Of a stretch of 64,000 nucleotides of DNA, positions 51,418 to 61,366 are shown piece by piece (position 1 is the stretch's first letter; every line of letters begins with the position of its first letter). The DNA is taken from IMG/VR virus record IMGVR_UViG_3300035661_000001, positions 372,001 to 436,000 of that record. One strand, given 5' to 3'. A program made the position numbers and the translations under genes. The notes below the pieces were generated by a model. The model was not told where the DNA came from and did not search any database. It saw only the letters and a list, made by a program, of their open reading frames with translations.

Positions 51418-52041
51418 ATGTCCAAGGAAGCGAAGAGCACCGTCGGAACCGTCCCCCCGACCAAGAATCAGCGGAACAAGGATCGCAACAATCGCAAGGG
51501 CAAGCTCGTCGAGCACGGCGGGGTCTGCTCCGCGTGCGGCTCCGAAGCGACCAGCTCGCGGACCGGGACGCAGCACGCGCCGTGCTCCGGCTTCTTCGAG
51601 GGAACCTTCGACTCGTCCCATCTCAACACGCTCGCCAAGACCAACTACCTGACCGCCGACGGCAAGGTCATCGACACCCGGCGGCAGCCCATCAACGGCT
51701 TCTGGATCTCCAAGGAGGAGCTGACGTCGCGGCTCGCCGAGGAGGATCGCCGCGCCAACCTGACGCTCGCGGATCAGAACCACTGCGTCGTCGACCTGGA
51801 GGCGGAGCAGGACTGTCTGAAGGTCCGGTTCGTCAACGGTCTCAACCAGCCCATCGTCTACACCGTGGGCTTCGGCTGGGTGACCGCTGCGGCGCGCGCG
51901 TCCCAGGCGCAGCTCAACGAGACCCCGGCGAATGCCCCCATCTCCGACGAGGCAATGGACACCTTCATCGAGGATGCGCTCGGCATCGGTGCGGAGGCGC
52001 ACGAGCCCATCTCCGAGGAGCGCGAACTGGTCGCAGCGTGA
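51418..52041 (+). CDS. Hypothetical protein with CxxC
   Basis: AGGAG RBS, very high GC3, CSAC...H.PC. Confidence 0.75.
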   Translation: MSKEAKSTVGTVPPTKNQRNKDRNNRKGKLVEHGGVCSACGSEATSSRTGTQHAPCSGFFEGTFDSSHLNTLAKTNYLTADGKVIDTRRQPINGFWISKEELTSRLAEEDRRANLTLADQNHCVVDLEAEQDCLKVRFVNGLNQPIVYTVGFGWVTAAARASQAQLNETPANAPISDEAMDTFIEDALGIGAEAHEPISEERELVAA

Positions 52042-52401
52042 CAACGGCGGACGTGAAGGACGGCGATCTCAGCATCGAGGAGATGCTTGCCGTCCTGAGC
52101 CCCATCGTCGAACGGTTCAAAGAAGAGCTGGCGCTCGAGGCGGAGGGTCGCGAGATCTTTGGGGATAGCTTCCCCCCGCGGCGCAATGCGATGCGGTGCG
52201 CCGCGTACGGAGAGCCTGACAAGGACTTGATGGGCGGGGATGCGCGAGCGTCCCTGCCTATCCTTTTACGCGAACGAGGCTATCATGATCAAGGAGATAC
52301 GGAAGCGTCCTGCTGGTTCGTTCTGGATCTGCCCGAAACGTGGGGCTTCCTCCTACCATCTGAAGTCCTGCAAGGGTCGCTGACCCATCGGAGCGGTTAT
52401 C

Positions 52402-52533
52402 ATGCGTAACTCCAACGGTCTCACGTTCAATGAGTGGCTCGCCGGTGCTGCGAACCCGAAAGATATCTCGTGGGACGTGCTGGAAAAGGCGTGGATCGAC
52501 GGGGAAGATCCCAGCGAATACCAGCGTTCCTAG
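52402..52533 (+). CDS. Microprotein (43 aa), paralog of 49707
   Basis: NSNGLTFNEWLAGA...AWIDGEDPSEY; TAG-CCCATC end. Confidence 0.6.
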   Translation: MRNSNGLTFNEWLAGAANPKDISWDVLEKAWIDGEDPSEYQRS

Positions 52534-52888
52534 CCCATCGGACGAGGACCACTGATCATGGATATGAAAACGATTCGTTTCCTCGACGAGCTGATCGCTA
52601 CTCCGGAGGGTCAAGCGCTCATCCGGTCGCGGTGGCTTCATGCTCAAGAATCTTCCAAAGCCAAGGCGGCGGCGGAATGCAAAGCTGCCGAAGAAGCACG
52701 CAAGGCGGGTCCTGGTCCCTTGACGGGATGGGATTGCTGGGCGTGTGGATGAGCGTGCGGAGCGGATCTCGCGGGAAGCGCTACGTTGCCCATCGTGCCA
52801 CTGTCTGCACGGTCTTCGAGCGGCGCCGGGGGCGCCTGATACCGAGAGACGCTACTAGCCCATCCTCGATTGGGGATCAGGTGATGCC

Positions 52889-53221
52889 ATGTCGAACCTC
52901 AGAGCCTTCCAAAAAGAGTACGCGAAGATCCGAGGTCGCTCGCATTGCGAGAACCGAAAAGAATTCAACCGGCTAGCTCTTGCGTGGCTGGAAAAGCGGG
53001 GCTTGGAAAAAACCCCGGCGAACTGGATTCGAGCAGCGAACGAGGTTCCCATCCCCTGTCGCCGATGTGCTCAGACCGGGCGATTCATAACGGGGACGAT
53101 GAACGGTCAACCGACCGGACCTGGCGGTGATTGTTACCGCTGCTCTGGTAAGGGCTGGCAAAACGATGATGATGCTCGGCGCAACTACGGCGCGGACATT
53201 CATCAGATAGTCCGCCTCTAA
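52889..53221 (+). CDS. Zinc-finger hypothetical protein
   Basis: CRRCAQTG and CYRCSGKG; TAA-CCCATC end. Confidence 0.6.
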   Translation: MSNLRAFQKEYAKIRGRSHCENRKEFNRLALAWLEKRGLEKTPANWIRAANEVPIPCRRCAQTGRFITGTMNGQPTGPGGDCYRCSGKGWQNDDDARRNYGADIHQIVRL

Positions 53222-53238
53222 CCCATCGAGGAAGAACC

Positions 53239-53508
53239 ATGGACGTCGATACGATTCTTCAAATCTGCTGTGGTACGGGAACCGGACCCTCCAAGCCCAT
53301 CGTGGCGGAGGAAGGGAAACCCAAACCGCGGTCGCTGAAGTTCACCATGATGTATAATGCCCGATACACGGGTTATTACTACGTCAGCCCCGACAGCCCC
53401 AATCCCCATCAGGCTGCGCTCGATCACTGTCGTCACACCTCCAATGAGGCGTGGCACGGAACGCCTTCCGACAAGGCTCCTGGCACCTGGGAAAATTACC
53501 GGGGCTAA
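53239..53508 (+). CDS. Hypothetical protein
   Basis: GAGG RBS; TAA-CCCATC end. Confidence 0.55.
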   Translation: MDVDTILQICCGTGTGPSKPIVAEEGKPKPRSLKFTMMYNARYTGYYYVSPDSPNPHQAALDHCRHTSNEAWHGTPSDKAPGTWENYRG

Positions 53509-54322
53509 CCCATCGTCTCGACCATCGGAGAATGTTTATCATGTGTGACAAGATCGGTTGCCCTGGTCCTGCATCATGCCCCTCCGTTGAAGACGAGAAG
53601 TTGGTTGCGATGACCGACCCATCGGCATTCCTTCTGCGTGAGGTTCAGCGGTTCGAGGGCATCACGATTCTGATTGGGGATTGCCGCGATGGCGATGCCT
53701 ACTTCGCCCTGCCGCGGGTTCTCACATTCGAGGACAAGACCTTCGCTCTGACCGGCTGGAACAGCGATGCCCATCAAGCCTATTGGAAGGTCGGTGGTCT
53801 GATCGCCAAGCGCGGGGCGCGGATCGATCGCCCGATTGAAGGGTCAGAGCTAGGCTTCCCATCCGGGTCACCGGCGCGGGAGTATGCGCAACCCTGCGCG
53901 GAGGTAATCATGAAGTGGACGTGCTTCGGAGTTTGGAAAAACCGTTTCGTATTCCGAACGGACGACCCATCTGGATCGTGGGTATCGATGGTGTGGCACT
54001 GGCGCGTACGGGTGCGTCCGTGAAGCCGCAATTGAGAGCGGTGCTCAGCTACAACCAGCTACTACCCATCCTCAGCGATTATGAGCTGAAGATGGTCATC
54101 GCTCGGTTGAACACCGACTACTTCGCCGAGGCATACCATCGACGGGTGTACCTCGGGATCCTCGCCCAGAACGGCTGGACCGATGAAGGGTTCGATCAAG
54201 AGACGCTTCGTCGTATCGATGCTGGATGGGATATCAAGACGCCGCCGCCGCGGGGTGATCATCCGATGGCGAAGCCCGAGACTCGAAAGAGTTCCGGGCT
54301 TTTGCCCGTTCTGTTTTTTGGT

Positions 54323-54355
54323 GGCACGAGCCTTGCATATAGCACTTTACGTGCC
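54323..54355. promoter_or_regulatory. Head-to-head sigma54 pair after a terminator (54271-54320)
   Basis: GGCACGAGCCTTGC-ATATA-GCACTTTACGTGCC. Confidence 0.8.
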
Positions 54356-54912
54356 CAGCAAGTGCGTTCCTAGTAAATTCCGGGCACCCATCCTCTAGCA
54401 GTCTGGTCGGTAAGAGCAAGTCGTTGCCTACCGATAACAAGGTGGGCGGCGCATTGGGAAGCAACGAATCCCATCTAAATTGTTAGGGTTGACTGTTCAG
54501 GGTCATACTGTTTAAGGTCTGGAATATCTGAGTCCCGGCACCCTTCGATCGATGTAGTTGCAGTCCCATCCGTTTGGTGGTATCGCATAAACCAGCCAGT
54601 ACGTTTGTCGGTAGTCGAATAAACCGTCATCACGCGCCAATTGAGTTTCGGGGAAGCCGATCCGAATGTAGGTCCCGAGTAAAGGAACACAGCCCATCTA
54701 CGGAAAATTTGGGCTAGCAATCTCAAGCAGCGCGACGCAGCAGAAGGGCGCCGTTTCGTTTTGGTCGGGAGTCTAAGATTGTCCCATCAGAAACGTGGCG
54801 GAACTGGAACTGGCACTCAACGAATGAAAGGTAGGTTCGGCTTATGCCACGAGACTCGCCGTGATAGTCGTTGGTTCGGGGGATACAGGGTGGAGCCCAT
54901 CCCCAATTTGTG

Positions 54913-54993
54913 GGCAGTGTTTCCGGTTGTTGGTATCCGGTGAGGGGTTTGAACCGCCCTTCATAGTGGGTTCGATTCCCATCATTGCCTCCG
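54913..54993 (+). tRNA. Degenerate tRNA-like element
   Basis: Acceptor GGCAGTG/CATTGCC-T-CCG; D-stem CCGG/CCGG; T-arm GTGGG-TTCGATT-CCCAT; irregular anticodon loop TTTGAACCG. Confidence 0.55.
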
Positions 54994-55012
54994 CTAGTGA
55001 TCCCGGTTAGGG

Positions 55013-55399
55013 GTGGATGAAAAGACACGGGTCTCTCATATATTAAAGACCACCGTCGTGATCACTGGCAACAACTTCTATCGACTCATCTTTTCATCGA
55101 AGGTGTCTATGGCAACGGAAACATTCGGTCGTTCGCCGTACTACGGCTGGGAGATTCTTTCCATCGACGAGGCACTTGCCAAGATTGGGATCGAATCCCA
55201 TCTCGTCAATGGTTTGTCTGATCTCACCAGACAGCACAATCGTCTGTACTACAAGGAGGGCGAGCGGATCCACAAGCCCACGGAGTCGCAGCTCCGTCGG
55301 CGCTGGGCTTTTCCCATCCGAGGCAGCGAGTTCAAGTTCGTCGTCGTCCAGCGCAAGGAAGAGGGCGCCAGCGGTTACGAGTTCTGTATCGGGACCTGA
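55013..55399 (+). CDS. Hypothetical protein
   Basis: ORF ending TGA-TCCCATC; start uncertain. Confidence 0.5.
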   Translation: MDEKTRVSHILKTTVVITGNNFYRLIFSSKVSMATETFGRSPYYGWEILSIDEALAKIGIESHLVNGLSDLTRQHNRLYYKEGERIHKPTESQLRRRWAFPIRGSEFKFVVVQRKEEGASGYEFCIGT

Positions 55400-55704
55400 T
55401 CCCATCGGCGGAGGAACCATATTCTATCTCGAAGGTTTCTTGTTCTGCGAAGGGCTTACCGCCGCGGACCATGGCAATGCCATGATGGAGGCGGGGAAAG
55501 TAGCAGACGTCGCGACCCATCGGACTGTCATCCTGGTCTATCGTACCGTGGGGGACACCGAGATGATCTGCACCAAGATTCAATCTTTCGAGGATTGCCG
55601 GAGGGCTTGTCCCATCGATAAAAAAGATGCGGACGATCTGCTTCGCGATTACATGAAGTCGGCGTTCACGATGCTCTCTGACTTGCGAGGGTAGGAGACC
55701 CATC

Positions 55705-55926
55705 ATGGAAATCGACAAGCTGGTCAAGGACCTGACGGAAAACGCCGGGCTCTATCCCGGATCACGGGTGGTTATTGGAACATCCTCTCAGGTTCTCAAC
55801 AGGGAGATCCGGGGGATGGTCGCGGCGAAACGACTTCCCATCGCCGAAGGTTCCACGCTGGGCGACGAGGATGGCGAATGCAGCAGCCTATTCCTCGTGA
55901 CGACGATACCTGTTTCGGCAGAGTAA
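55705..55926 (+). CDS. Hypothetical protein
   Basis: AGGAG RBS with CCCATC between RBS and ATG; TAA-CCCATC end. Confidence 0.6.
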   Translation: MEIDKLVKDLTENAGLYPGSRVVIGTSSQVLNREIRGMVAAKRLPIAEGSTLGDEDGECSSLFLVTTIPVSAE

Positions 55927-56029
55927 CCCATCAACGGAGATCGATCATGACCATTGCAAGTGCCGTTCTAGCTCAAGGTTCGTTAAAGAGCAGGCGCACC
56001 ACCAAAATCTGATCCCATCGGAGATTGAC

Positions 56030-56266
56030 ATGTATAGTGTTCACCTCTTCTTCCTGATCGATCGTGACACTCTCAAGGTCGACCGCGCTGCGATCTGGAG
56101 CGATGGTACTCCGTGCATCGATCAGTCTCGATACATCCCGGTCAAGTGGACCTCATGGGATGGCAAGACCCATCAAGAAGCGCACGATCGAGCCACGAAC
56201 TATCTCCGAACTCATGGCAACAGCGCCATCGGTGAAGCGCTCACGAAGATGGTACTCGGGGGATAA
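56030..56266 (+). CDS. Hypothetical protein
   Basis: GGAG RBS; TAA-CCCATC end. Confidence 0.6.
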   Translation: MYSVHLFFLIDRDTLKVDRAAIWSDGTPCIDQSRYIPVKWTSWDGKTHQEAHDRATNYLRTHGNSAIGEALTKMVLGG

Positions 56267-56450
56267 CCCATCAGAATGGAGCGATCTTCATGGAAGAGCT
56301 GAGCCTCAAAGGTATTTCTCTGAAGGGAAGGAATCGTATCCGGGGGAAGGAATCGTATCCGGGAATTGGGATCCATCTGGATGGTTCTCCTTTACCGAAA
56401 CACGGTTCGCTTCAGCCCCATCCGCCTCCCCGGCGGAGGATGGTTATGGT

Positions 56451-56810
56451 ATGAAACACGATCATTTACGTGTCATCCTTCTCGCCGAATTCATGAGCGA
56501 TGATACCGCTCTAGAAGATGCCGTGCTCGCAATCTATCGGAAGCAAACCGAAGATGAGAAACGGCAGGGAGCGACAACCCATCACAACAAGGTTGGCTTC
56601 AGCGGGTGTGATGCTCGTCAAGCCACCTACTGTGCCAAGTGGTTGCTCGACACGAACGGGAAACGGAATCCCCATCGACATCTGTCTGGCAGATTCTTGG
56701 ATTGGGCACGACGGGCGATGCCGAAGTACGCCGGACAACTGGCGACGATCGTGGCAGCGAAGGAAGAATCTTATCTCGTCGGCGAGAGGATTGCGATTCA
56801 GCAGTTTTAA
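56451..56810 (+). CDS. Phage hypothetical protein
   Basis: AVLAIY.KQT.DEK....T.HHNKVGFS..DA...KYAGQL; GGAGGA RBS. Confidence 0.65.
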   Translation: MKHDHLRVILLAEFMSDDTALEDAVLAIYRKQTEDEKRQGATTHHNKVGFSGCDARQATYCAKWLLDTNGKRNPHRHLSGRFLDWARRAMPKYAGQLATIVAAKEESYLVGERIAIQQF

Positions 56811-57212
56811 TCCCATCTTTCGAGGACATCATTCCATGACTACCGACGAAGCAATCGAGGACATCTGGCGGCGGGTCGCGACCTCTGTTCGGGAGGACGT
56901 CGACCCATCGGTTCTCCAGTGGGTGTCTGACAGACTGTGCCGCGCTGATTGGTGGTACGGTGATGGCAAAACGACCGACAACAAGACTGTCGGTTGGGGA
57001 AACAAGCACCCATCTACAAAGGATTTTCCAGAACGATCATGATCGGTAACAAGGTGACGCCGGCGAAGCGATACTTTGTTGGTCATCTTCAGATACGGGC
57101 AGCCGATGCCAAGGTCTCCCTCCGGGAGATGCTCGGTACGAACACGTTCCCATCGTTACCGCTCGACGCCGAAGGCAATCGACTCTACCTCTAAACCATC
57201 TACGGAGGCTAC

Positions 57213-57434
57213 ATGAAACAAGCATACGACGTGGGCGACAACGTGGATGGTACGGTCACCAAGGTGGGCAGGACCCATCTGACCCTTACCATCGGAGATA
57301 CCACGGGACGACTGCCGCTCTCGGATGTGCGTGCGGTTGCTCGACGTGCGATCCCCATCGTCGGAGCCGACATGAACGTGACGGTCGCAGGGACGAAACG
57401 CGGTAAGCTGGTTCTGAGTTTCAGCCCGGGCTGA
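57213..57434 (+). CDS. Single S1 RNA-binding domain protein
   Basis: YDVGDNVDGTVTKV...GRLPLSDV...VGADMNVTV......KLVLS; GGAGG RBS. Confidence 0.7.
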   Translation: MKQAYDVGDNVDGTVTKVGRTHLTLTIGDTTGRLPLSDVRAVARRAIPIVGADMNVTVAGTKRGKLVLSFSPG

Positions 57435-57629
57435 TCTCAATCGTTGCGCAGTCGAAAGATGAGAGATCATGCACAACGGATCAGGCGTGAGGATCAAAAA
57501 ACCTACACCGAAGACCGCCCATCCGTTGGAGACTTCGCGCAACAACATCTGTAAGAGATAAGGAGAAAGGATGCGAATCCGAGATGGTCCGCTCTGAATG
57601 ATGTTGACGGGTCGCGAGCTTGACATTCC

Positions 57630-58004
57630 ATGAGGATCAAGCTCGCGACTTCCTTGTTCCCATCGGAGGATAAGATGTTCGGTACTCAAGAGACAACGCA
57701 AAAGTTTCAGAAGCTCGGCTTCTCTCTTCCCAAGCGGAGAGGCGGTGGTAACCCAGACTTCGGACCCATCCTGGCGTTCATCGAGCGTAGGATTGCCGGG
57801 GTGATGGAGTTCTATACCAACTGCCGTTCCGAGGCGGTGTTCTCTCGTGAGCTTCGGGAAACGATCAACCGAGAACTTGCACCCATCATCCCCGACACCG
57901 AGAAGACATTCAACCTGGAGCCGATGAACTTGGTTCTCATGGTTCGGACTACCAAGGACCCTGGTGTTCTTTTGGTCCGCGCGGAAAACCCCAATCTTTG
58001 CTGA
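57630..58004 (+). CDS. Hypothetical protein
   Basis: 124 aa; start may be 57675 (GGAGGA RBS). Confidence 0.55.
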   Translation: MRIKLATSLFPSEDKMFGTQETTQKFQKLGFSLPKRRGGGNPDFGPILAFIERRIAGVMEFYTNCRSEAVFSRELRETINRELAPIIPDTEKTFNLEPMNLVLMVRTTKDPGVLLVRAENPNLC

Positions 58005-58444
58005 TAGCATCGAGGTGCCACGTGGGCATTCCCATCTTCATCGGATTCTCTGAAGCGAACGTCGCTTTCTTTAACCTTCATTCCAAAAAGGTTGGCGACG
58101 ACTTCTCGGTCGATGCAAACTTCTGCGGCGATCCTTCTGATCCCATCAACAAGAAAAGGTGTTTCAGTGGCGAAGAAGACGACGAACGGAATCATCAGTG
58201 CCGCAACCGCGACGTGCGCCGCTCGCCGCGCGCTTGTCGGCGTTGCTCACCAAGCTGAACGTCCAGATCAGGGACGGAAGCCGGTCTTTCTACGCGGGAG
58301 TCCGGGAGAAGGATATTCCCGACGGGATGTTCCCCTTCGGCGCGCGCGCGTTCCAGAAGAAAGATCTGGGCTGGAAAGTGAAAGTCGGCGAGCGCGATGG
58401 TTCGATCAAGGTCCGTCTCCCTGGCGAGCCGGGAGACCCATCTG

Positions 58445-58648
58445 ATGGAAAAGCAAGTCAATGCCGGGGGAGAGCAGCTCTTCGCTCTCGCCCTGAAGAT
58501 CCCATCGGGACTCTCCGAAGCGGAAGTCACGAGGCGAGTTCATTCGATGCTGTTCGGTCTCAGCGCGGCGGCGAAGACCGCCGGAGTCGAGGTCGTCAAG
58601 GGTCCGGTTCTGGAGCGGTTCATTTCTGCTCATCTGACCGGCAAGTGA
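58445..58648 (+). CDS. Hypothetical protein
   Basis: GGAG RBS, MEKQVNAGG... Confidence 0.5.
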   Translation: MEKQVNAGGEQLFALALKIPSGLSEAEVTRRVHSMLFGLSAAAKTAGVEVVKGPVLERFISAHLTGK

Positions 58649-59245
58649 AACAAGAAAGTCGAGGAGGTCCCATCGTGCAGAAAAGTTCTTCGTGGTTCAT
58701 GGTTGCCGCGGTTCTCGCGGCGGTGTCTTCGCTGGGCTGCGCCGATCGTGGCAAGCCTCCCGAGGTTCCCAAGACGTTGACCAGCACCATCCCATCCGTG
58801 ACGCCGGCGGACCCGAACGTGTCGCGCTGGTGTTTCTCCACCGCCGAGACCATGACGTGCGTGCAGCGCACCACGCTCCCGAGCGGCGTCAAGAAGGTGG
58901 AGATGATCTACATTCCCATCCTTCCTTCGGCGCGGTAAATCTATGTCGAAGACCACTATCAAGACCAGCGAGCTTCAAGGGGCGTTCGATCGATACCGCC
59001 GGCTCCCCCTTGCTGGTGATCTGGAGCCAAACCTGGACTTTCAGTGGTGGCAAGAGGGAGTCGCCAATCTCGCCGAGGTGACTCCCATCATCGCCAAGCA
59101 GTACCGAGAGGACCGGACTGCTTGCATCATGCACGGTCCGTGCTCAATTCCCGGGCGGTGATCTCGACGCGATCCGCCGCTTCTGTGAATGGTGTCTTTT
59201 TGGTGGTGTGGGCAACATGGTTCTCGCAACGCATCAGGATGCGCC

Positions 59246-59515
59246 ATGACCCATCCCGTGACCGGGCTTGACCTTCACGAAGGGGACGCCGAGACTGACC
59301 TCGCCGCGTGGATCAAGTATGATCATCGACGTGGCGAATATGAGGGGGACAAGTACCGTTATGATTCTTGCCGGACAACGGCGGGAGCGGATCATCATCG
59401 CCCTCTCGTGCTCAAAACACGCAAAGCATACGCGGCTGCCCATCAGGCTTTAACCACGTTAGGTTATGAGCCTTCCGGTTACGAACCGGAACCTGAGACC
59501 TACTTCAACAAGTGA
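59246..59515 (+). CDS. Hypothetical protein
   Basis: MTHPVTGLDLHEG... Confidence 0.5.
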   Translation: MTHPVTGLDLHEGDAETDLAAWIKYDHRRGEYEGDKYRYDSCRTTAGADHHRPLVLKTRKAYAAAHQALTTLGYEPSGYEPEPETYFNK

Positions 59516-60460
59516 GCCAATCATGATGAACTTCTGCAAAGGTCTAGTCGAGTGGATCAAGGACGATCCTCCCCGCTCGCTTGCCTTGATCGGCGTGGGA
59601 GCAATGGTCACCTTGATCGTTCTCTGGATGATTAGGTGAATCGTGAAGCTCAAAGAGCTGCGAATTTTTCTCGACACCCATCTTGCCGATGGTACGCTCA
59701 CTGACGAGATGGAAATCAAAAGCCGTACCGGCGGATATGAGGCGCAGCATCTTGCACACGTTTCAATCGAGCGCGATCATAACGGGATCGAATACCTCGA
59801 AAAAGAGGTCCTGAACTTCAGTGCCGATCCGTGAGACTCATTCAGGAGAATCGATCATGAGCTACGACACAATCATCCTTCTTTTCATCGTGTTCTTTGC
59901 TGGGATCGGATTCCTGATTGCCCATCTTACCGGCATGATGATCGGTGGCTTGATTGCCTTCTTGATCATTCAGTTTCTGAGGTATCTCGCTCTTTCGTTC
60001 TGAGGACGATTGTACAGCGACGTACAACATCCAACCCATCGGATCTCCATGATGATGAGTCTCATGTTACAAAACGAAGATATGAAATACTCGCTTCCGA
60101 CCCGCTGGGAGATGTACGGCATCTTTCGTGGTAAGAGCGAGTATGGTCGTCGTTCCAGGTATCAGGCTCGCATGAATCGGAACGATGCTTATCTTGCCGC
60201 CAAGGGCAAGAGCAAACCCATCAAACATGGGGAACGATCGTGAGAGAGACTGACGACGAATGGTATACGCGGATACGAACCACCCCGGTCGAATCGTATT
60301 ACGAAGTCAATCCGTTGGTGAGTGATCTCGCGGAGATCGCCCGCCGCTGTGCGACCGACCCATCGCTGCGCGCTATCAAGGATCAAGATGCAACGATGGT
60401 GCCTTGTACCTGCGATGAGTGCGAAGGCACCAGTTTCGTCTGACCCATCCAAGGAGAAGT

Positions 60461-60700
60461 ATGCTGAACGATAACAAAGTGTTGAAAGGTTTGAGCAACG
60501 TCCTCACAGGCATTGCTTTCATTCCGCCCTTCGTGCTCAGTTTTCCCATCGGAGCGGTGGCGGATAAGCTGGAGCGCCGGTTTGGAGCGGACGCCGCGAT
60601 CTATTTCCTGGGCGCCTGCTGGCTTCCCATCGGCTTCACTGCTTTCGTGGCAGCGACCGTGATCGACCAGATCGCCCCGCCTGACAGCGTGCGGCTCTGA
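60461..60700 (+). CDS. Small membrane protein
   Basis: AAGGAG RBS; two hydrophobic segments. Confidence 0.6.
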   Translation: MLNDNKVLKGLSNVLTGIAFIPPFVLSFPIGAVADKLERRFGADAAIYFLGACWLPIGFTAFVAATVIDQIAPPDSVRL

Positions 60701-60769
60701 ACAAAAACTAGACGGGAGCGAGGGGCGCCGGCATGCCCCTCGCTCCCTTTTTCTTTTCTTATTTTGAGT

Positions 60770-60802
60770 GGCATGGTCTTTGCACTCTGCGAAGTTCGTG
60801 CC
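60770..60802. promoter_or_regulatory. Head-to-head sigma54 pair after a terminator (60714-60765)
   Basis: GGCATGGTCTTTGC-ACTCT-GCGAAGTTCGTGCC. Confidence 0.8.
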
Positions 60803-61177
60803 AACAACAATCCCATCCGTTAAGAGCGGCGGGAAAGAAAGCCAAACGATGACGCAACGGTGACGACGGGGAAGCGTTGCGCTTCCCATCCACACGTCTA
60901 GTGTTTCTAGATGCAAGAGGAGCAACCAACAATGACCATGACTGCGATCTCGCACCGCGACGAAAACGGCAACTACGTTCCGCAGAACACCGACGCCGAA
61001 GACCTCGCGTCGATTCCCATCGACAACAGCGCTCTGCTGGACACCATGATGCTGGCGCTGACTCTCGGCGCTTACGTCCTCGGCTGCATCCTCTACGTTG
61101 TCGCTGGCTGATTCTACCGCGGTAACCGACAACCCATCGTCACAGATCATTCACACCAAAGGGAGACCTGGAATCAT

Positions 61178-61366
61178 ATGAGCACGAATCACTTCCCCGT
61201 CACTTGCGTCAGTGTCACTCCGGGACGCATCGTCGTCAACCTGCTGGACGAGAAGGACGGCAAGGCACTCTACTGCTTCTGCCACCCGCGCGAGGCGGAC
61301 GAGCTGAGCATCTACAACCGACCCATCGCCGAGTTCCGCGAGATGTACAAGCCGGCGGGGCGCTGA
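61178..61366 (+). CDS. Small hypothetical protein
   Basis: 62 aa, high GC3. Confidence 0.55.
   Translation: MSTNHFPVTCVSVTPGRIVVNLLDEKDGKALYCFCHPREADELSIYNRPIAEFREMYKPAGR

Noticed and set aside
51135-52409. 424-aa ORF as a single gene
   Set aside because: Most of it is an Arg-rich alternative frame over 51116..51358 and 51418..52041; only the part from about 52038 looks coding
56325-56362. 19-bp tandem duplication GGGAAGGAATCGTATCCGG
   Set aside because: Real but only two copies, with no evidence of function
58159-58938. 259-aa ORF as a single gene
   Set aside because: It overlaps a better-supported ORF (58445..58648) and probably joins two separate genes
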